Source: Patescibacteria group bacterium
GTDB lineage: Bacteria > Patescibacteriota > UBA1384 > XYA2-FULL-43-10 > 1-14-0-10-43-13
Assembly (NCBI GenBank): GCA_041674765.1
Contig: JBAYVE010000002.1
Coordinates: 113,467 to 177,466, forward strand
Reading direction: 5' to 3'
Length of the DNA stretch: 64,000 bases
Under the pieces are notes generated by a model, which searched no databases, was not told the DNA's origin, and saw nothing but the letters and a program-made list of their open reading frames with translations. Of the stretch, positions 19,317-29,098 are shown piece after piece. How positions within the stretch are numbered: position 1 is the first letter of the stretch; the number at the start of each line of letters is the position of its first letter. The translations under genes and the position numbers were made by a program.

Positions 19317-19646
19317 ATGCAAAATTTTATTCTGGGATTTGTGGTTGGGGGCGGGCTTGCAAGCTTGTTGTTCTTTTTTAAAAATAAAAAAGAGATTGTC
19401 CGAGATACTAGTGATGACTCCAAAAAGGAATTTATTACTGAAAAAGAGGAGATAAAATCGGCGAATCTGGAGAAATTGAAAGTGATGATATTTGATTCGA
19501 GCGATAAAGTTACAAACAGACAAGTATGCGAACTCCTTAAAGTATCTGACGCTACGGCTGTTCGGTACTTGGACGAGCTTGAGAAAGAGGGGATAGTCAG
19601 GCAGATCGGCAGAACCGGCCGTTCGTCTTATTACGAAAAGGCTTAA
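19317..19646 (+). CDS. small membrane-anchored winged-helix (HTH) protein
   Basis: An N-terminal TM is followed by a C-terminal RQVCELLKVSDATAVRYLDELEKEGIV helix-turn-helix. Confidence 0.45.
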   Translation: MQNFILGFVVGGGLASLLFFFKNKKEIVRDTSDDSKKEFITEKEEIKSANLEKLKVMIFDSSDKVTNRQVCELLKVSDATAVRYLDELEKEGIVRQIGRTGRSSYYEKA

Positions 19647-19670
19647 ACACCTCAATGGATCGAGGTGTTT
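19646..19670 (+). terminator. hairpin after HTH gene
   Basis: AAACACCTCaatggatcGAGGTGTTT is a 9-bp stem with a weak T-tract. Confidence 0.35.
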
Positions 19671-19802
19671 AAGTAGTTGTATCTGAGATTGAAAGGGGGG
19701 GTATTTTATTGTATGATTAGCATGCAAAGAGACCGGTTAATTTTGGATTTTGCATACAACTATTATATAGATCCCGGTTTTGCCGGGAACGATAAGGAAC
19801 AA

Positions 19803-22742
19803 ATGTTTAAAGAAATTGATTCAAAGATGAATTTGCCCAAGGTCGAGGAAGAAATCCTTGATTTTTGGGATATGGGTAAAACATTTGAGAAATCTATTGA
19901 AAATCGCAAAGATGCCAAATTATATAGCTTCTATGACGGGCCGCCTTTTGCGACCGGAACTCCTCACTATGGCCACATTGTAGCCAGCACGATGAAGGAT
20001 GTTGTGCCAAGATATTGGACGATGAAAGGAAAAAGAGTAGACAGAGTTTGGGGCTGGGATTGCCATGGTTTGCCGATCGAAAATATTGCCGAAAAAGAGC
20101 TCGGATTTACGCATAAGAAAGAAATTCTGGATCTGGGGGTAGAAAAATTTAACGCAGTTTGCCGCTCAAAAGTTTTGGGCTATGTTTCCGAGTGGGAAAA
20201 AGTTATCCGGCGGCTTGGGCGCTGGGCCGATATGAAAAATGCCTACAAAACGATGGATCTCTCCTATATGGAGTCTGTCTGGTGGGTGTTTAAGCAGCTT
20301 TGGGACAAAGGGTTAATATATGAAGGATACCGTTCGATGCATATATGTCCCCGTTGCGAAACCACACTTTCGCAATCAGAAGTTAGTGAAGGCTATAAGA
20401 CAGTTAAGGATCTTTCTGCGATTGCCAAATTTGAAATGGTAGATGAGCGATCGACTTACTTTCTGGCTTGGACCACAACACCTTGGACATTGATTGGCAA
20501 TGTTGCATTGGCGGTTGGTCGGGATATCGATTATGTAAAAATCGAAACTCAAAATGAAGACGGGAAAATAGAAAACTATATCATGGCCAAAGATCGGTTG
20601 AAAGATGTAATGAAGGAGCGAGAATACCGGGTTGTAGATAATTATACTGGTCTTAATCTGGTTGGCCGGGCATATGAGCCACTTTTTGATTATTATATAA
20701 AAAAGCCAGGCCTTCTGAATAAGGAAAATGGCTGGAAAACAGTCACTGCAGACTTCGTGACTACTGAAGAGGGGACTGGTATTGTCCATATCGCTCCGGC
20801 TTTTGGTGAAGATGATATGGCTTTGGGCAAGGACCAAAACCTGCCGTTTATTCAACACGTGGGAATGGATGGTGTTATTAAACCTGAAGCCGGTGAATTT
20901 GCCGGTATGCACGTCAAAGATATTGAGGATAACCAAAAAACCGATATTGAAATTATAAAATACCTTGCGAAGAAAGAACTGCTTTTCTTCAAAGAAAAAT
21001 ACGAGCACTCTTATCCGCATTGTTGGCGCTGTGATACGCCGCTTCTAAATTATGCTACTTCCTCCTGGTTTGTCGCAGTTACCAAGGTAAAAGAGGATGC
21101 TTTGGAATTGGCCAAGGAGATCAATTGGTCGCCAAAACATATCAAGGAAGGTCGTTTCGGCAAGTGGCTTAAAGGCGCCAGAGATTGGTCTATTAGCCGC
21201 CAGCGCTTCTGGGCTTCAGTCATTCCGATTTGGAAATGCGATAAATGTGGAGAGATGAAGGTTTTCGGATCAGTCGCCGAATTGGAAGATCTAAGCGGTC
21301 AAACTATTTCGGATATTCATAAGGATACCGTTGATAAAATTATCTTTCCTTGTCAAAAGTGCGAGGGCCGGATGAAGAGGATTCCAGACGTGCTCGATAC
21401 CTGGTTTGATTCAGGTTCGATGCCTTATGCCCAGCTTCACTATCCTTTTGCAAATCAGGAAAAATTTGAGCAGACTTTCCCGGCTGATTTTATTGCTGAA
21501 GGACAAGACCAGACAAGAGCCTGGTTTTATTATTTGCATATTATCGCCACCGCAATTCAGAAAAAAGTGGCTTTCAAAAATGTCGAGGTCAACGGAATTG
21601 TTCTGGCGGAAGACGGCAAGAAGATGTCCAAGAAATTGCAAAATTATCCCGATCCTACGCTGATGTTTGACAAATATGGCGCTGATACAATGAGACTTTA
21701 TCTTCTGACTTCGCCTGTAATGCAAGCGGAAAATCTGAATTTCAAGGAAGCCGATATGGCCGAATTGTCCAGAGGCATCTTCCGGATGCTTTGGAACTCT
21801 TATTCCTTTTTCACTCTCTATGCGAATATAGATCGCTGGACACCAGCTCAAAGTCAAAAGTCAAAAGCCAAAAGCCTGAATTTGCTAGACCGTTGGATTA
21901 TTTCTGAATTAAATACCTTAATTCTTGAAGTGGATAAGTCCATGGAGAGCTATGAATTGATGAAGGCGTCCCGTCTTTTTCAGCCGTTTATCGACAACTT
22001 ATCAAACTGGTATATTCGCCGCTCGAGAAAGAGATTTTGGAAGTCAGAAAATGACGGAGACAAAGAAAATGCATACCAAACTCTCTGGACGGTGCTCGTT
22101 GAACTGTCGAAATTGATGGCGCCATTTACTCCATTTGTCGCAGAGGAAATATTCAAAAATCTGACAGGCAAGGAGTCTGTTCATCTGGAAAATTATCCTT
22201 CGGCTGATCAAGAAATGATTGATAATGATTTGAATTTGGCTATGGCGGAGACCAGGAAAGTGGTTGAACTCGGCCTATCTGCTAGAGCACAAGAAAGAAT
22301 TAAAGTCCGTCAACCGCTAAAGTCATTACAATATTCCGGGAGAAAATTAGAATCTGAGCTAGAGTCAATTATCGCGGAAGAAGTCAATGTTAAAGAGATT
22401 GTTCATATCGATGAAAGCAAGGATGCCCCGGGGCTAACGGTCGGCTTAGACTATAGCATTACAAAAGAGCTAAAACTCGAGGGATATGCCCGGGAAATCA
22501 TCAGAAATATTCAATCTTTACGTAAAGAAAGCGGATTCAACGTTGCCGATAGGATTTGCGTTTATTACAAGACTGATTCTGCGGAAATTGGAAAAACGTT
22601 TGAAAACTTCAGTAGTCTGATTGCTCATGAAGTTCTGGCAAATGAGATAATTGCTGGTTTGCCGGAAAAAATAGAAGGACGGCAGTTATTCAAAATTGAT
22701 GGCGAAGAAATATTGATTGGTTTAAACAGAGCTGCTAGATGA
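19803..22742 (+). CDS. ileS: isoleucyl-tRNA synthetase
   Basis: ATG at 19803 after AAGGAA. The conserved N-terminus begins MFKEIDSK…ILDFW. Carries the PHYGH and KMSKK motifs. The track ORF is extended 42 codons upstream with no RBS. Confidence 0.9.
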   Translation: MFKEIDSKMNLPKVEEEILDFWDMGKTFEKSIENRKDAKLYSFYDGPPFATGTPHYGHIVASTMKDVVPRYWTMKGKRVDRVWGWDCHGLPIENIAEKELGFTHKKEILDLGVEKFNAVCRSKVLGYVSEWEKVIRRLGRWADMKNAYKTMDLSYMESVWWVFKQLWDKGLIYEGYRSMHICPRCETTLSQSEVSEGYKTVKDLSAIAKFEMVDERSTYFLAWTTTPWTLIGNVALAVGRDIDYVKIETQNEDGKIENYIMAKDRLKDVMKEREYRVVDNYTGLNLVGRAYEPLFDYYIKKPGLLNKENGWKTVTADFVTTEEGTGIVHIAPAFGEDDMALGKDQNLPFIQHVGMDGVIKPEAGEFAGMHVKDIEDNQKTDIEIIKYLAKKELLFFKEKYEHSYPHCWRCDTPLLNYATSSWFVAVTKVKEDALELAKEINWSPKHIKEGRFGKWLKGARDWSISRQRFWASVIPIWKCDKCGEMKVFGSVAELEDLSGQTISDIHKDTVDKIIFPCQKCEGRMKRIPDVLDTWFDSGSMPYAQLHYPFANQEKFEQTFPADFIAEGQDQTRAWFYYLHIIATAIQKKVAFKNVEVNGIVLAEDGKKMSKKLQNYPDPTLMFDKYGADTMRLYLLTSPVMQAENLNFKEADMAELSRGIFRMLWNSYSFFTLYANIDRWTPAQSQKSKAKSLNLLDRWIISELNTLILEVDKSMESYELMKASRLFQPFIDNLSNWYIRRSRKRFWKSENDGDKENAYQTLWTVLVELSKLMAPFTPFVAEEIFKNLTGKESVHLENYPSADQEMIDNDLNLAMAETRKVVELGLSARAQERIKVRQPLKSLQYSGRKLESELESIIAEEVNVKEIVHIDESKDAPGLTVGLDYSITKELKLEGYAREIIRNIQSLRKESGFNVADRICVYYKTDSAEIGKTFENFSSLIAHEVLANEIIAGLPEKIEGRQLFKIDGEEILIGLNRAAR

Positions 22743-23857
22743 ATAGAAGAGCCGACTTTATGGATTGGCGGATTGTGATTATCCCGATACTTTTGATAGC
22801 GGTAGGGGTAGCAGTGATTTATAGCCTGGTTATGGGATCACCGAGTTCCGGTATAGCCTTGAAGCAGGGTATTATAGCGATGATCGGACTTTCATTGGCA
22901 GTAATAGTCTCTTTTGTCGATTATCGTCTGTACAAAGGTTTCTTTTGGATCTTCTATCTAATTTCGATTTTGCTGTTGCTTTACGTCGGATTATTCGGCA
23001 AGACCGTCAATGGAGCGATGAACTGGATTGATCTTCGGTATTTTCAGTTACAACCATCTGAAGTAGCGAAAATTTCTCTTATCATTTCATTAGCTTCTTT
23101 TTTCTCAGATAAAGTGGGTAAACTTCGCTGGAGGGACTTTTTGTTCTCCTTTGCCATGATGGCCTTTCCGCTATTTTTGATTTTGAAGGAGCCTGATATG
23201 GGTACAGGGATGGTTCTCTGTTTTATCTATCTAATTATGCTCCTAGTCGCCAAACCAACAAAAATTCAATTGGCGATTATTTTCACATCTCTATTTATCT
23301 TCTTTGCTTCAGTTTTCTTGGCATACAAGGATATCCAGCCATTTGGCTCCATGATGAAACAATATCAGAGAGACCGCATCTCTGTTTTTCTAGACCCAGC
23401 CAAATATCCGACCGACAGTGGCTACAATGTGCGTCAGGCCCAAATCACCATTGGTTCAGGAGGGCTGACAGGCAAAGGGCTCGGCAAGGGTTTGCAAAGT
23501 CAACTTAAATTCCTACCTGAAGTAGAGACTGATTTTATTTTTGCAGGGATTGCCGAATCATTTGGCTTTACCGGTTGTATAATAATCCTTGGTCTGCTTA
23601 GTTATCTGATTCTTCGGCTGGTAGAAATAGGTTCTATCGCGAGAGATAATTTTGGGTCTCTAATGGTATACGGAATTGCAGCCATGCTTTTTTTCCATGT
23701 CCTAGTTAATGTTGGGATGAACATGGGGATATTACCAGTGGCGGGAATTCCCTTGCCCTTTTTGAGTTCCGGTGGCACTTCCTTGTTAGTTTCACTTTTC
23801 TCAATTGGTCTGGCTCAGAGCGTATTTATTCGTCACAGGAAAATTACTTTTAGTTAG
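22739..23857 (+). CDS. ftsW: SEDS-family peptidoglycan glycosyltransferase (FtsW/RodA)
   Basis: Ten TM segments. Contains the FAGIAESFGF motif. Start overlaps the ileS stop by 4 nt. Confidence 0.85.
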   Translation: MNRRADFMDWRIVIIPILLIAVGVAVIYSLVMGSPSSGIALKQGIIAMIGLSLAVIVSFVDYRLYKGFFWIFYLISILLLLYVGLFGKTVNGAMNWIDLRYFQLQPSEVAKISLIISLASFFSDKVGKLRWRDFLFSFAMMAFPLFLILKEPDMGTGMVLCFIYLIMLLVAKPTKIQLAIIFTSLFIFFASVFLAYKDIQPFGSMMKQYQRDRISVFLDPAKYPTDSGYNVRQAQITIGSGGLTGKGLGKGLQSQLKFLPEVETDFIFAGIAESFGFTGCIIILGLLSYLILRLVEIGSIARDNFGSLMVYGIAAMLFFHVLVNVGMNMGILPVAGIPLPFLSSGGTSLLVSLFSIGLAQSVFIRHRKITFS

Positions 23858-23966
23858 CAATATCATGTATAGGCTACATAAAATAAGCGGTGATCTTGAC
23901 AATTCTATAGGTTATGATAATATTTATTTATTAGACCTCGGGTCTTTTTTAAGTTAGGAGAGAATT

Positions 23967-24275
23967 ATGTTTGCAGTAGTATCTTATCAGGGCAATCAGA
24001 CGAAGGTTGAGGCAGGGAAAGAATATAAAATGGATATCACCGAATCTGACGATAAAAAGATAACCTTCGATGAGGTTCTTTTGATCAGCGACGGAGAAGA
24101 GATCAAAGTCGGTGCACCATTCATCGAAGGAGCTAAAGTCGAGGCAGAAGTTATTGCTTCCGGCAGGGGCGAAAAAGTTTCCGGGATCAAGTTCAAGGCC
24201 AAAAAGAGGTACAAGCGGACTTTTGGTCACAGACAGCAGTATCAGCTAGTCAAAATTCTAAGCATTAATGCTTAA
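23967..24275 (+). CDS. rplU: 50S ribosomal protein L21
   Basis: AGGAG RBS. The sequence MFAVVSYQGNQTKV…RQQYQLVKI is typical of L21. Confidence 0.9.
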   Translation: MFAVVSYQGNQTKVEAGKEYKMDITESDDKKITFDEVLLISDGEEIKVGAPFIEGAKVEAEVIASGRGEKVSGIKFKAKKRYKRTFGHRQQYQLVKILSINA

Positions 24276-24277
24276 TT

Positions 24278-24472
24278 ATGGTCAATACAATTACAAATTA
24301 TTTTAAAGGTGTTTGGTCGGAAATGAAAAAGGTCAGTTGGCCGACCAGAGCAACCGTATTAAATCATACAATCATTGTGATAGCATCAATTGTTATCGCG
24401 ATTGGTCTAACAGCAGCTATCGACGCCGGGCTTACTAAACTGGTCCAGCTGATAGTTCAAAGTAAAAACTAG
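24278..24472 (+). CDS. secE: preprotein translocase subunit SecE
   Basis: 64 aa with a single C-terminal TM. Contains EMKKVSWPTR. Position is immediately 5' of nusG. Confidence 0.8.
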   Translation: MVNTITNYFKGVWSEMKKVSWPTRATVLNHTIIVIASIVIAIGLTAAIDAGLTKLVQLIVQSKN

Positions 24473-24480
24473 GGGTAAAA

Positions 24481-25092
24481 ATGGCATTGAAAGTCAAAAG
24501 TGAGGACGAAAACGTGCAAACAGAGAAAAAGGAAGAAGGGAAGAAATTCCTTACTTTAAAGCAGACAGGTGAGCGTAATTGGTATGTAATACATACTTAT
24601 TCTGGCTACGAAGAACAGGTTGCCGACTCTCTTAAACAGAGAATTGAATCTCTTGGTATGCAAGAGAAGATATTCGATGTGATTGTTCCTAAAGAAAAAC
24701 AGATCGAGATCAAGAATGGCAAACGCAAAATTGTCGAGAAAAAAATATATCCCGGCTATGTGCTTGTTGATATGATCGTCACAGATGACTCCTGGTACGT
24801 TGTAAGAAATACACCAAATGTGACAGGTTTTATCGGTTTCGGTGTTAGACCTACACCAATGTCAAAAGAGGAAATCGATCGTATCAAAAAGCGGATGGGT
24901 GTAGAAGAGCCGAAATACCAGGTTGATCTTACTGTCGGAGATCTTGTAAAGATCAATGATGGGGCGTTGAAGGGTTTTGAGGGTAAAATTGAAGAAGTTG
25001 ATCACAACAAAGGCAAGGTTAAAGTCTTGGTAAATATGTTCGGCAGAGAAACTCCGGTAAATTTAGATTTCTTGCAAGTTAATAAGATATAA
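24481..25092 (+). CDS. nusG: transcription termination/antitermination factor NusG
   Basis: An NGN domain (NWYVIHTYSGYE) and a KOW domain (GDLVKINDGALKGFEG). Confidence 0.9.
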   Translation: MALKVKSEDENVQTEKKEEGKKFLTLKQTGERNWYVIHTYSGYEEQVADSLKQRIESLGMQEKIFDVIVPKEKQIEIKNGKRKIVEKKIYPGYVLVDMIVTDDSWYVVRNTPNVTGFIGFGVRPTPMSKEEIDRIKKRMGVEEPKYQVDLTVGDLVKINDGALKGFEGKIEEVDHNKGKVKVLVNMFGRETPVNLDFLQVNKI

Positions 25093-25101
25093 ACAATAAT
25101 T

Positions 25102-25140
25102 AAAATTCGAAATCCTAAATTCGAAATCCGAAACAAGTTC
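25102..25140. repeat. AAATTYGAAATCC repeat element (intergenic copy)
   Basis: aaaattcgaaatcctaaattcgaaatccgaaacaagttc. A near-identical copy sits in-frame inside dus at 34728-34765. Confidence 0.6.
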
Positions 25141-25210
25141 TAGATGAAATTTAAAAATTGTTTCGAATATCGTGCTTCTAATTTAGCGCTTCCGAGTATA
25201 ACGAGGTAAC

Positions 25211-25636
25211 ATGGCAAAAGCAATAAAAGCAATTATAAAATTACAGTGTCCGGCTGGGAAGGCAAATCCTGCTCCTCCTGTTGGTCCTGCTTTGGGTCAG
25301 CATGGTGTGAATATTATGGAGTTTTGCCAACAGTTTAACGAAAAGACCAGAGAAAAGGGTGATACAATCATCCCTGTGGAAATCACCGTATATGAAGACC
25401 GTACTTTCTCCTTCATTATGAAACAGCCCCCGGCAGCAATCTTAATTTTGAAGGCACTCGGAATCAAATCCGGATCTGATAATTCCAAAAAGAAGAAAGT
25501 CGGAAAACTAACTCAGGCTCAGCTTGAAGAGATCGCAAAAGCCAAAATTGAGGATTTGAACGCAAATGACGTTGAAGCCGCAAAGAAGGTTATTGCAGGG
25601 ACTGCCAGAAGCATGGGTATTGAGATCGAAAAATAG
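25211..25636 (+). CDS. rplK: 50S ribosomal protein L11
   Basis: [38 protein letters not shown] is a canonical L11 sequence. Confidence 0.95.
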   Translation: MAKAIKAIIKLQCPAGKANPAPPVGPALGQHGVNIMEFCQQFNEKTREKGDTIIPVEITVYEDRTFSFIMKQPPAAILILKALGIKSGSDNSKKKKVGKLTQAQLEEIAKAKIEDLNANDVEAAKKVIAGTARSMGIEIEK

Positions 25637-25665
25637 ACATCAAACTCGAAATATGATAGAAAAAA

Positions 25666-25697
25666 GAATCCCCCGAAATATCGTGGGATTCTTTTCT
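25666..25697 (+). terminator. Rho-independent terminator after rplK
   Basis: GAATCCCccgaaatatcgtGGGATTCTTTT. Confidence 0.55.
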
Positions 25698-25808
25698 TAA
25701 AGTAGGTGCCGTCTGTGATTTGAAAGTGAAAGGAGGGGCAACACTTTGAAAAATCACAGACAACACTAAGTCAATAAAAACTTAGCATTTAATGATAGTG
25801 CTTGTCAA

Positions 25809-27653
25809 ATGATGGAAAAATCTCTTTTCATAAAAGTAGGAAGAAATCATACTCCAAATAAATTAGCCTCAGAGCTGATCGTATTAGGTTATGATAGGTC
25901 AGACGGGCAGACGTTAAAACCAGGGCAGTTTTTTAATATCGGTGATCTCTTTAAACTATATAATATTAATGATGGTTTGCCCCTGAAAATTGATTTTTTT
26001 GGAGACGAAATAGAGAGGATGTCCTATTACGATCAAGTTACCGGTAAAAAAGTATCGGACACCAATTCTATTGAGATCTTGCCCAATATACTTTTATTGC
26101 CTGATAAAACAATAATTCATGTAGATGATTATGTGGTCCACGACGATCATGGGATTGGTCTTTTCGCTGGTTTTGAGAATAAGAATGTTGACGGTGAAAT
26201 AATAAAATATGTTTTGATAAAGTATTTAAAGGATGACCTTCTATACTTGCCGATAAATCAACTTATTAAGTTGACTCCATATATAGGAATCGGTAGAAGA
26301 AAGCCGAAGTTGAATCGGCTAGGAAGCGGAAGCTGGACCAGAACCTATAAAAAAACGTATGAAGATATCATAAAAATGGCCAGAGAACTTCTTCTAATCT
26401 ATGCCGAAAGAGAGGTAACAAGAAGACCTAGCTATAAAATTAATCCTGAATGGAATGCTGTATTGGAGTCAAACTTTGGATTTGATGAGACTATCGACCA
26501 GGTAAAAGCAATCGAAGAAGTTATGAATGATCTTTCATCGGAGAAACCGATGGATCGTCTAATTTGCGGTGATGTCGGCTTTGGCAAAACAGAGGTAGCT
26601 ATCCGGGCTGCAGCTCAGGTCATTGCTAATGGCGGCCAAGTGGCATTGCTCGTTCCGACAACCATCTTAGCGGAGCAACACTTCACAACTTTATCAAAAA
26701 GATTTGCTGCTTTACCGGTGAGAATAGAGAGAGTTAGCCGTTTTATTGATGGTCAATCACAAAATACAATTCTAAAAGATCTGATTGACGGCCGGGTAGA
26801 CTTGCTAATTGGCACGCATCGTCTTCTTTCCGAAAAGATAGTCTTTCGAAATTTGAAGCTCGTAATTATTGATGAAGAACAAAAGTTTGGTGTCAAACAT
26901 AAGGAAAAGCTCAAAGATATTAATAAAGAGGTAGATGCCCTAACTCTCACAGCAACACCAATACCGCGGACACTATTCATGTCTCTTTCAGGTATTAGGG
27001 ATATATCGATGATCGCTTCATCTCCGGCAGGTCGAAAATCAGTTGATACTGAAGTTTCGAAATTTGATGAGTCAAAAATCAAGAAATATATTGATAGGGA
27101 ACTTAGCAGAGGCGGCCAAATATATTATCTGCATAACGAAGTCTCAACTATTAACGGCAAGAAACGAAAACTTGATAGATTGCTGCCGGGATTGAGAATT
27201 GAAGTTGCGCATGGCCAGATGGGCGAGATGGCTTTGGCAAAAACAATGTCAGCCTTTGCAAGGGGAGATATAGATGTATTAGTGTGTTCTACTATTGTTG
27301 AGAATGGCCTAGACCTTCCCAATGTGAACACTTTGATCGTCGAAAACGCAGATAAATTTGGTCTATCTCAACTTTATCAGATCCGAGGCAGGATCGGCCG
27401 TAGCAAGAAGCAGTCTTATGCTTTGTTTACTTTTCCTCAAAAAGAAATTACTGCCAATGCAGTAAAGAGACTCAAGGTATTGGTTGAAAATACGGAGTTA
27501 GGTACGGGGTATAATATTGCACTTCGTGATTTAGAGATAAGGGGTGGCGGCAATATTTTGGGTAGAGATCAACATGGTAGTATGGAGGCAGTCGGATTGG
27601 TTCTTTATTCCAAGCTGCTAAAAATGGCGGTAGAGAAGATCAAAGAGGTATAG
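25809..27653 (+). CDS. mfd: transcription-repair coupling factor, short form (Mfd lacking N-terminal UvrB-homology domains)
   Basis: Has a CarD/TRCF RNAP-interaction segment (DYVVHDDHGIGLF). The superfamily-2 helicase motifs are GFGKTEVA, IIDEEQKFG and TATPIPRT. At 614 aa it is about half the length of E. coli Mfd. Confidence 0.8.
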   Translation: MMEKSLFIKVGRNHTPNKLASELIVLGYDRSDGQTLKPGQFFNIGDLFKLYNINDGLPLKIDFFGDEIERMSYYDQVTGKKVSDTNSIEILPNILLLPDKTIIHVDDYVVHDDHGIGLFAGFENKNVDGEIIKYVLIKYLKDDLLYLPINQLIKLTPYIGIGRRKPKLNRLGSGSWTRTYKKTYEDIIKMARELLLIYAEREVTRRPSYKINPEWNAVLESNFGFDETIDQVKAIEEVMNDLSSEKPMDRLICGDVGFGKTEVAIRAAAQVIANGGQVALLVPTTILAEQHFTTLSKRFAALPVRIERVSRFIDGQSQNTILKDLIDGRVDLLIGTHRLLSEKIVFRNLKLVIIDEEQKFGVKHKEKLKDINKEVDALTLTATPIPRTLFMSLSGIRDISMIASSPAGRKSVDTEVSKFDESKIKKYIDRELSRGGQIYYLHNEVSTINGKKRKLDRLLPGLRIEVAHGQMGEMALAKTMSAFARGDIDVLVCSTIVENGLDLPNVNTLIVENADKFGLSQLYQIRGRIGRSKKQSYALFTFPQKEITANAVKRLKVLVENTELGTGYNIALRDLEIRGGGNILGRDQHGSMEAVGLVLYSKLLKMAVEKIKEV

Positions 27654-27899
27654 AGTCAAAAGTATTCAGTATAAGTTATAAATATACTTTGCAAGGATAA
27701 CACGAGAATGTGCTCTTAGGTACTTGGAAGGAGCAATATAGCTGCTTGAAGACAAGTTAAGATTGGCAAACGAATTCTTTCGGGAGGACTATTTGTCCAA
27801 ATTTGCTATAATATAGAAAATGGAGGGATTATCGATACTAAATATTTACTTGCTTTAAATGCTCACCCGAAGATCGGCAGTCAAACTCTCAAAAAGATT

Positions 27900-28910
27900 T
27901 TGGCAGCTTTCGGCGATCCTGCAAAGATATGGAAGGCTGAATCTGTAACTAATCAAGTTAAACTTGATGAAAAAATTATGGCTCTGGTTAGAGAGTGTAG
28001 GAAGAACTATGATCCAGACCGAGAGCTTCTGAAGTTGGCCAAATTGGATTTGGGATATGTTACGTTGTATGACAAAGAATATCCAGCACTGCTGAAAGAA
28101 GTGTATGATGGCCCGGTGGTTTTATACATTCGAGGCAATGCATCAGTTTTGAATACCCAGTCTCTTGCTGTTGTGGGGAGCAGAAAGTTCACTAACTATG
28201 GCAAGAGAATCGCATATTCATTGGCCAAAGAATGCGCCTTGGCCGGCTTGACCATCGTTTCTGGCCTCGCCCTGGGAATTGATGCTGAGGCTCATCAAGC
28301 GGCGCTTGATGTCGATGGCATCACCATTGGGGTCGTCGGGAACGGGCTCGACCGTATCTACCCTGTCAGCAACTACGATCTGGGTCGAAAGATCATTCAA
28401 AAAGGCGGAGCAATAATTTCTGAATTTCCACCGGGTACGCCACCTATGAAACATAATTTTCCGGCGAGAAATCGTATTATCGCAGGCCTCTCACAGGGTA
28501 CTTTGGTGATTGAGGCCGCCTCTCAGTCCGGTGCTCTGATCACCGCTATTCAAGCGTTGGAATATAATAGGGAAGTCTTTGCGATCCCCGGCAATATTGA
28601 TTCCCCGACTTCAGAGGGTACAAATGCCCTGATCCAAAAAGGGGCAAAATTGATTACAAAAGCAGAAGATGTTCTGGTTGAATTAAATGTCGAAGTTAAA
28701 AACCACCAAGCTAAAGCCAAAGCAATTTTGCCCGATACCGAAGAGGAAAGCCAGATAGTTGAGACACTAAAAAGAGGTGAAATGCTCGCCGATGAAATTA
28801 TTAGGGTCACCGGCTTAAATGTGATCCTTGTAAACTCGACATTGACAATGATGGAGATGAAGGGAATAATAACAAATCTGGGCGGGGGAAGATATTGTTT
28901 GATCAAATAA
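27900..28910 (+). CDS. dprA: DNA processing protein DprA (Smf)
   Basis: Rossmann-fold DprA core (VVGSRKFTNYGKR…GLALGIDAEAHQ…FAIPGNIDS). The first canonical start is the TTG at 27900, but conserved N-terminal sequence continues in-frame upstream (see finding). Confidence 0.85.
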   Translation: MAAFGDPAKIWKAESVTNQVKLDEKIMALVRECRKNYDPDRELLKLAKLDLGYVTLYDKEYPALLKEVYDGPVVLYIRGNASVLNTQSLAVVGSRKFTNYGKRIAYSLAKECALAGLTIVSGLALGIDAEAHQAALDVDGITIGVVGNGLDRIYPVSNYDLGRKIIQKGGAIISEFPPGTPPMKHNFPARNRIIAGLSQGTLVIEAASQSGALITAIQALEYNREVFAIPGNIDSPTSEGTNALIQKGAKLITKAEDVLVELNVEVKNHQAKAKAILPDTEEESQIVETLKRGEMLADEIIRVTGLNVILVNSTLTMMEMKGIITNLGGGRYCLIK

Positions 28911-29098
28911 CTAAAGTTTGTAAAGAATAATATTAGTTAGGATTTTTCGTTAGGTTTTCTTTATAGCTTTGAACTATATAAACTTTATCAACCTTCAACT
29001 TTATAAACTTTATAAACTCTCTTATTTGAATAAAATCCTCTCTTCTGTTAATTTAAGTAATAGTTTCAAAAACCAAAACAAAATAATTTAAGGAATAA

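Noticed and set aside
19314-19727. 137-aa minus-strand ORF
   Set aside because: It lies fully antisense to the HTH-protein gene and the ileS leader. Its composition is typical of a shadow ORF.
19650-19802. Possible T-box or other leader upstream of ileS
   Set aside because: At ~150 nt it is too short, and it lacks a recognisable specifier-loop or T-box consensus. Only a short CCCGGttttgCCGGG hairpin is present. The track-extended ileS N-terminus (MYLRLKGG…) is more likely untranslated leader.
20376-21857. Minus-strand ORFs of 214 and 148 aa inside ileS
   Set aside because: They are antisense to a highly conserved aminoacyl-tRNA synthetase reading frame, so I treat them as shadow ORFs.
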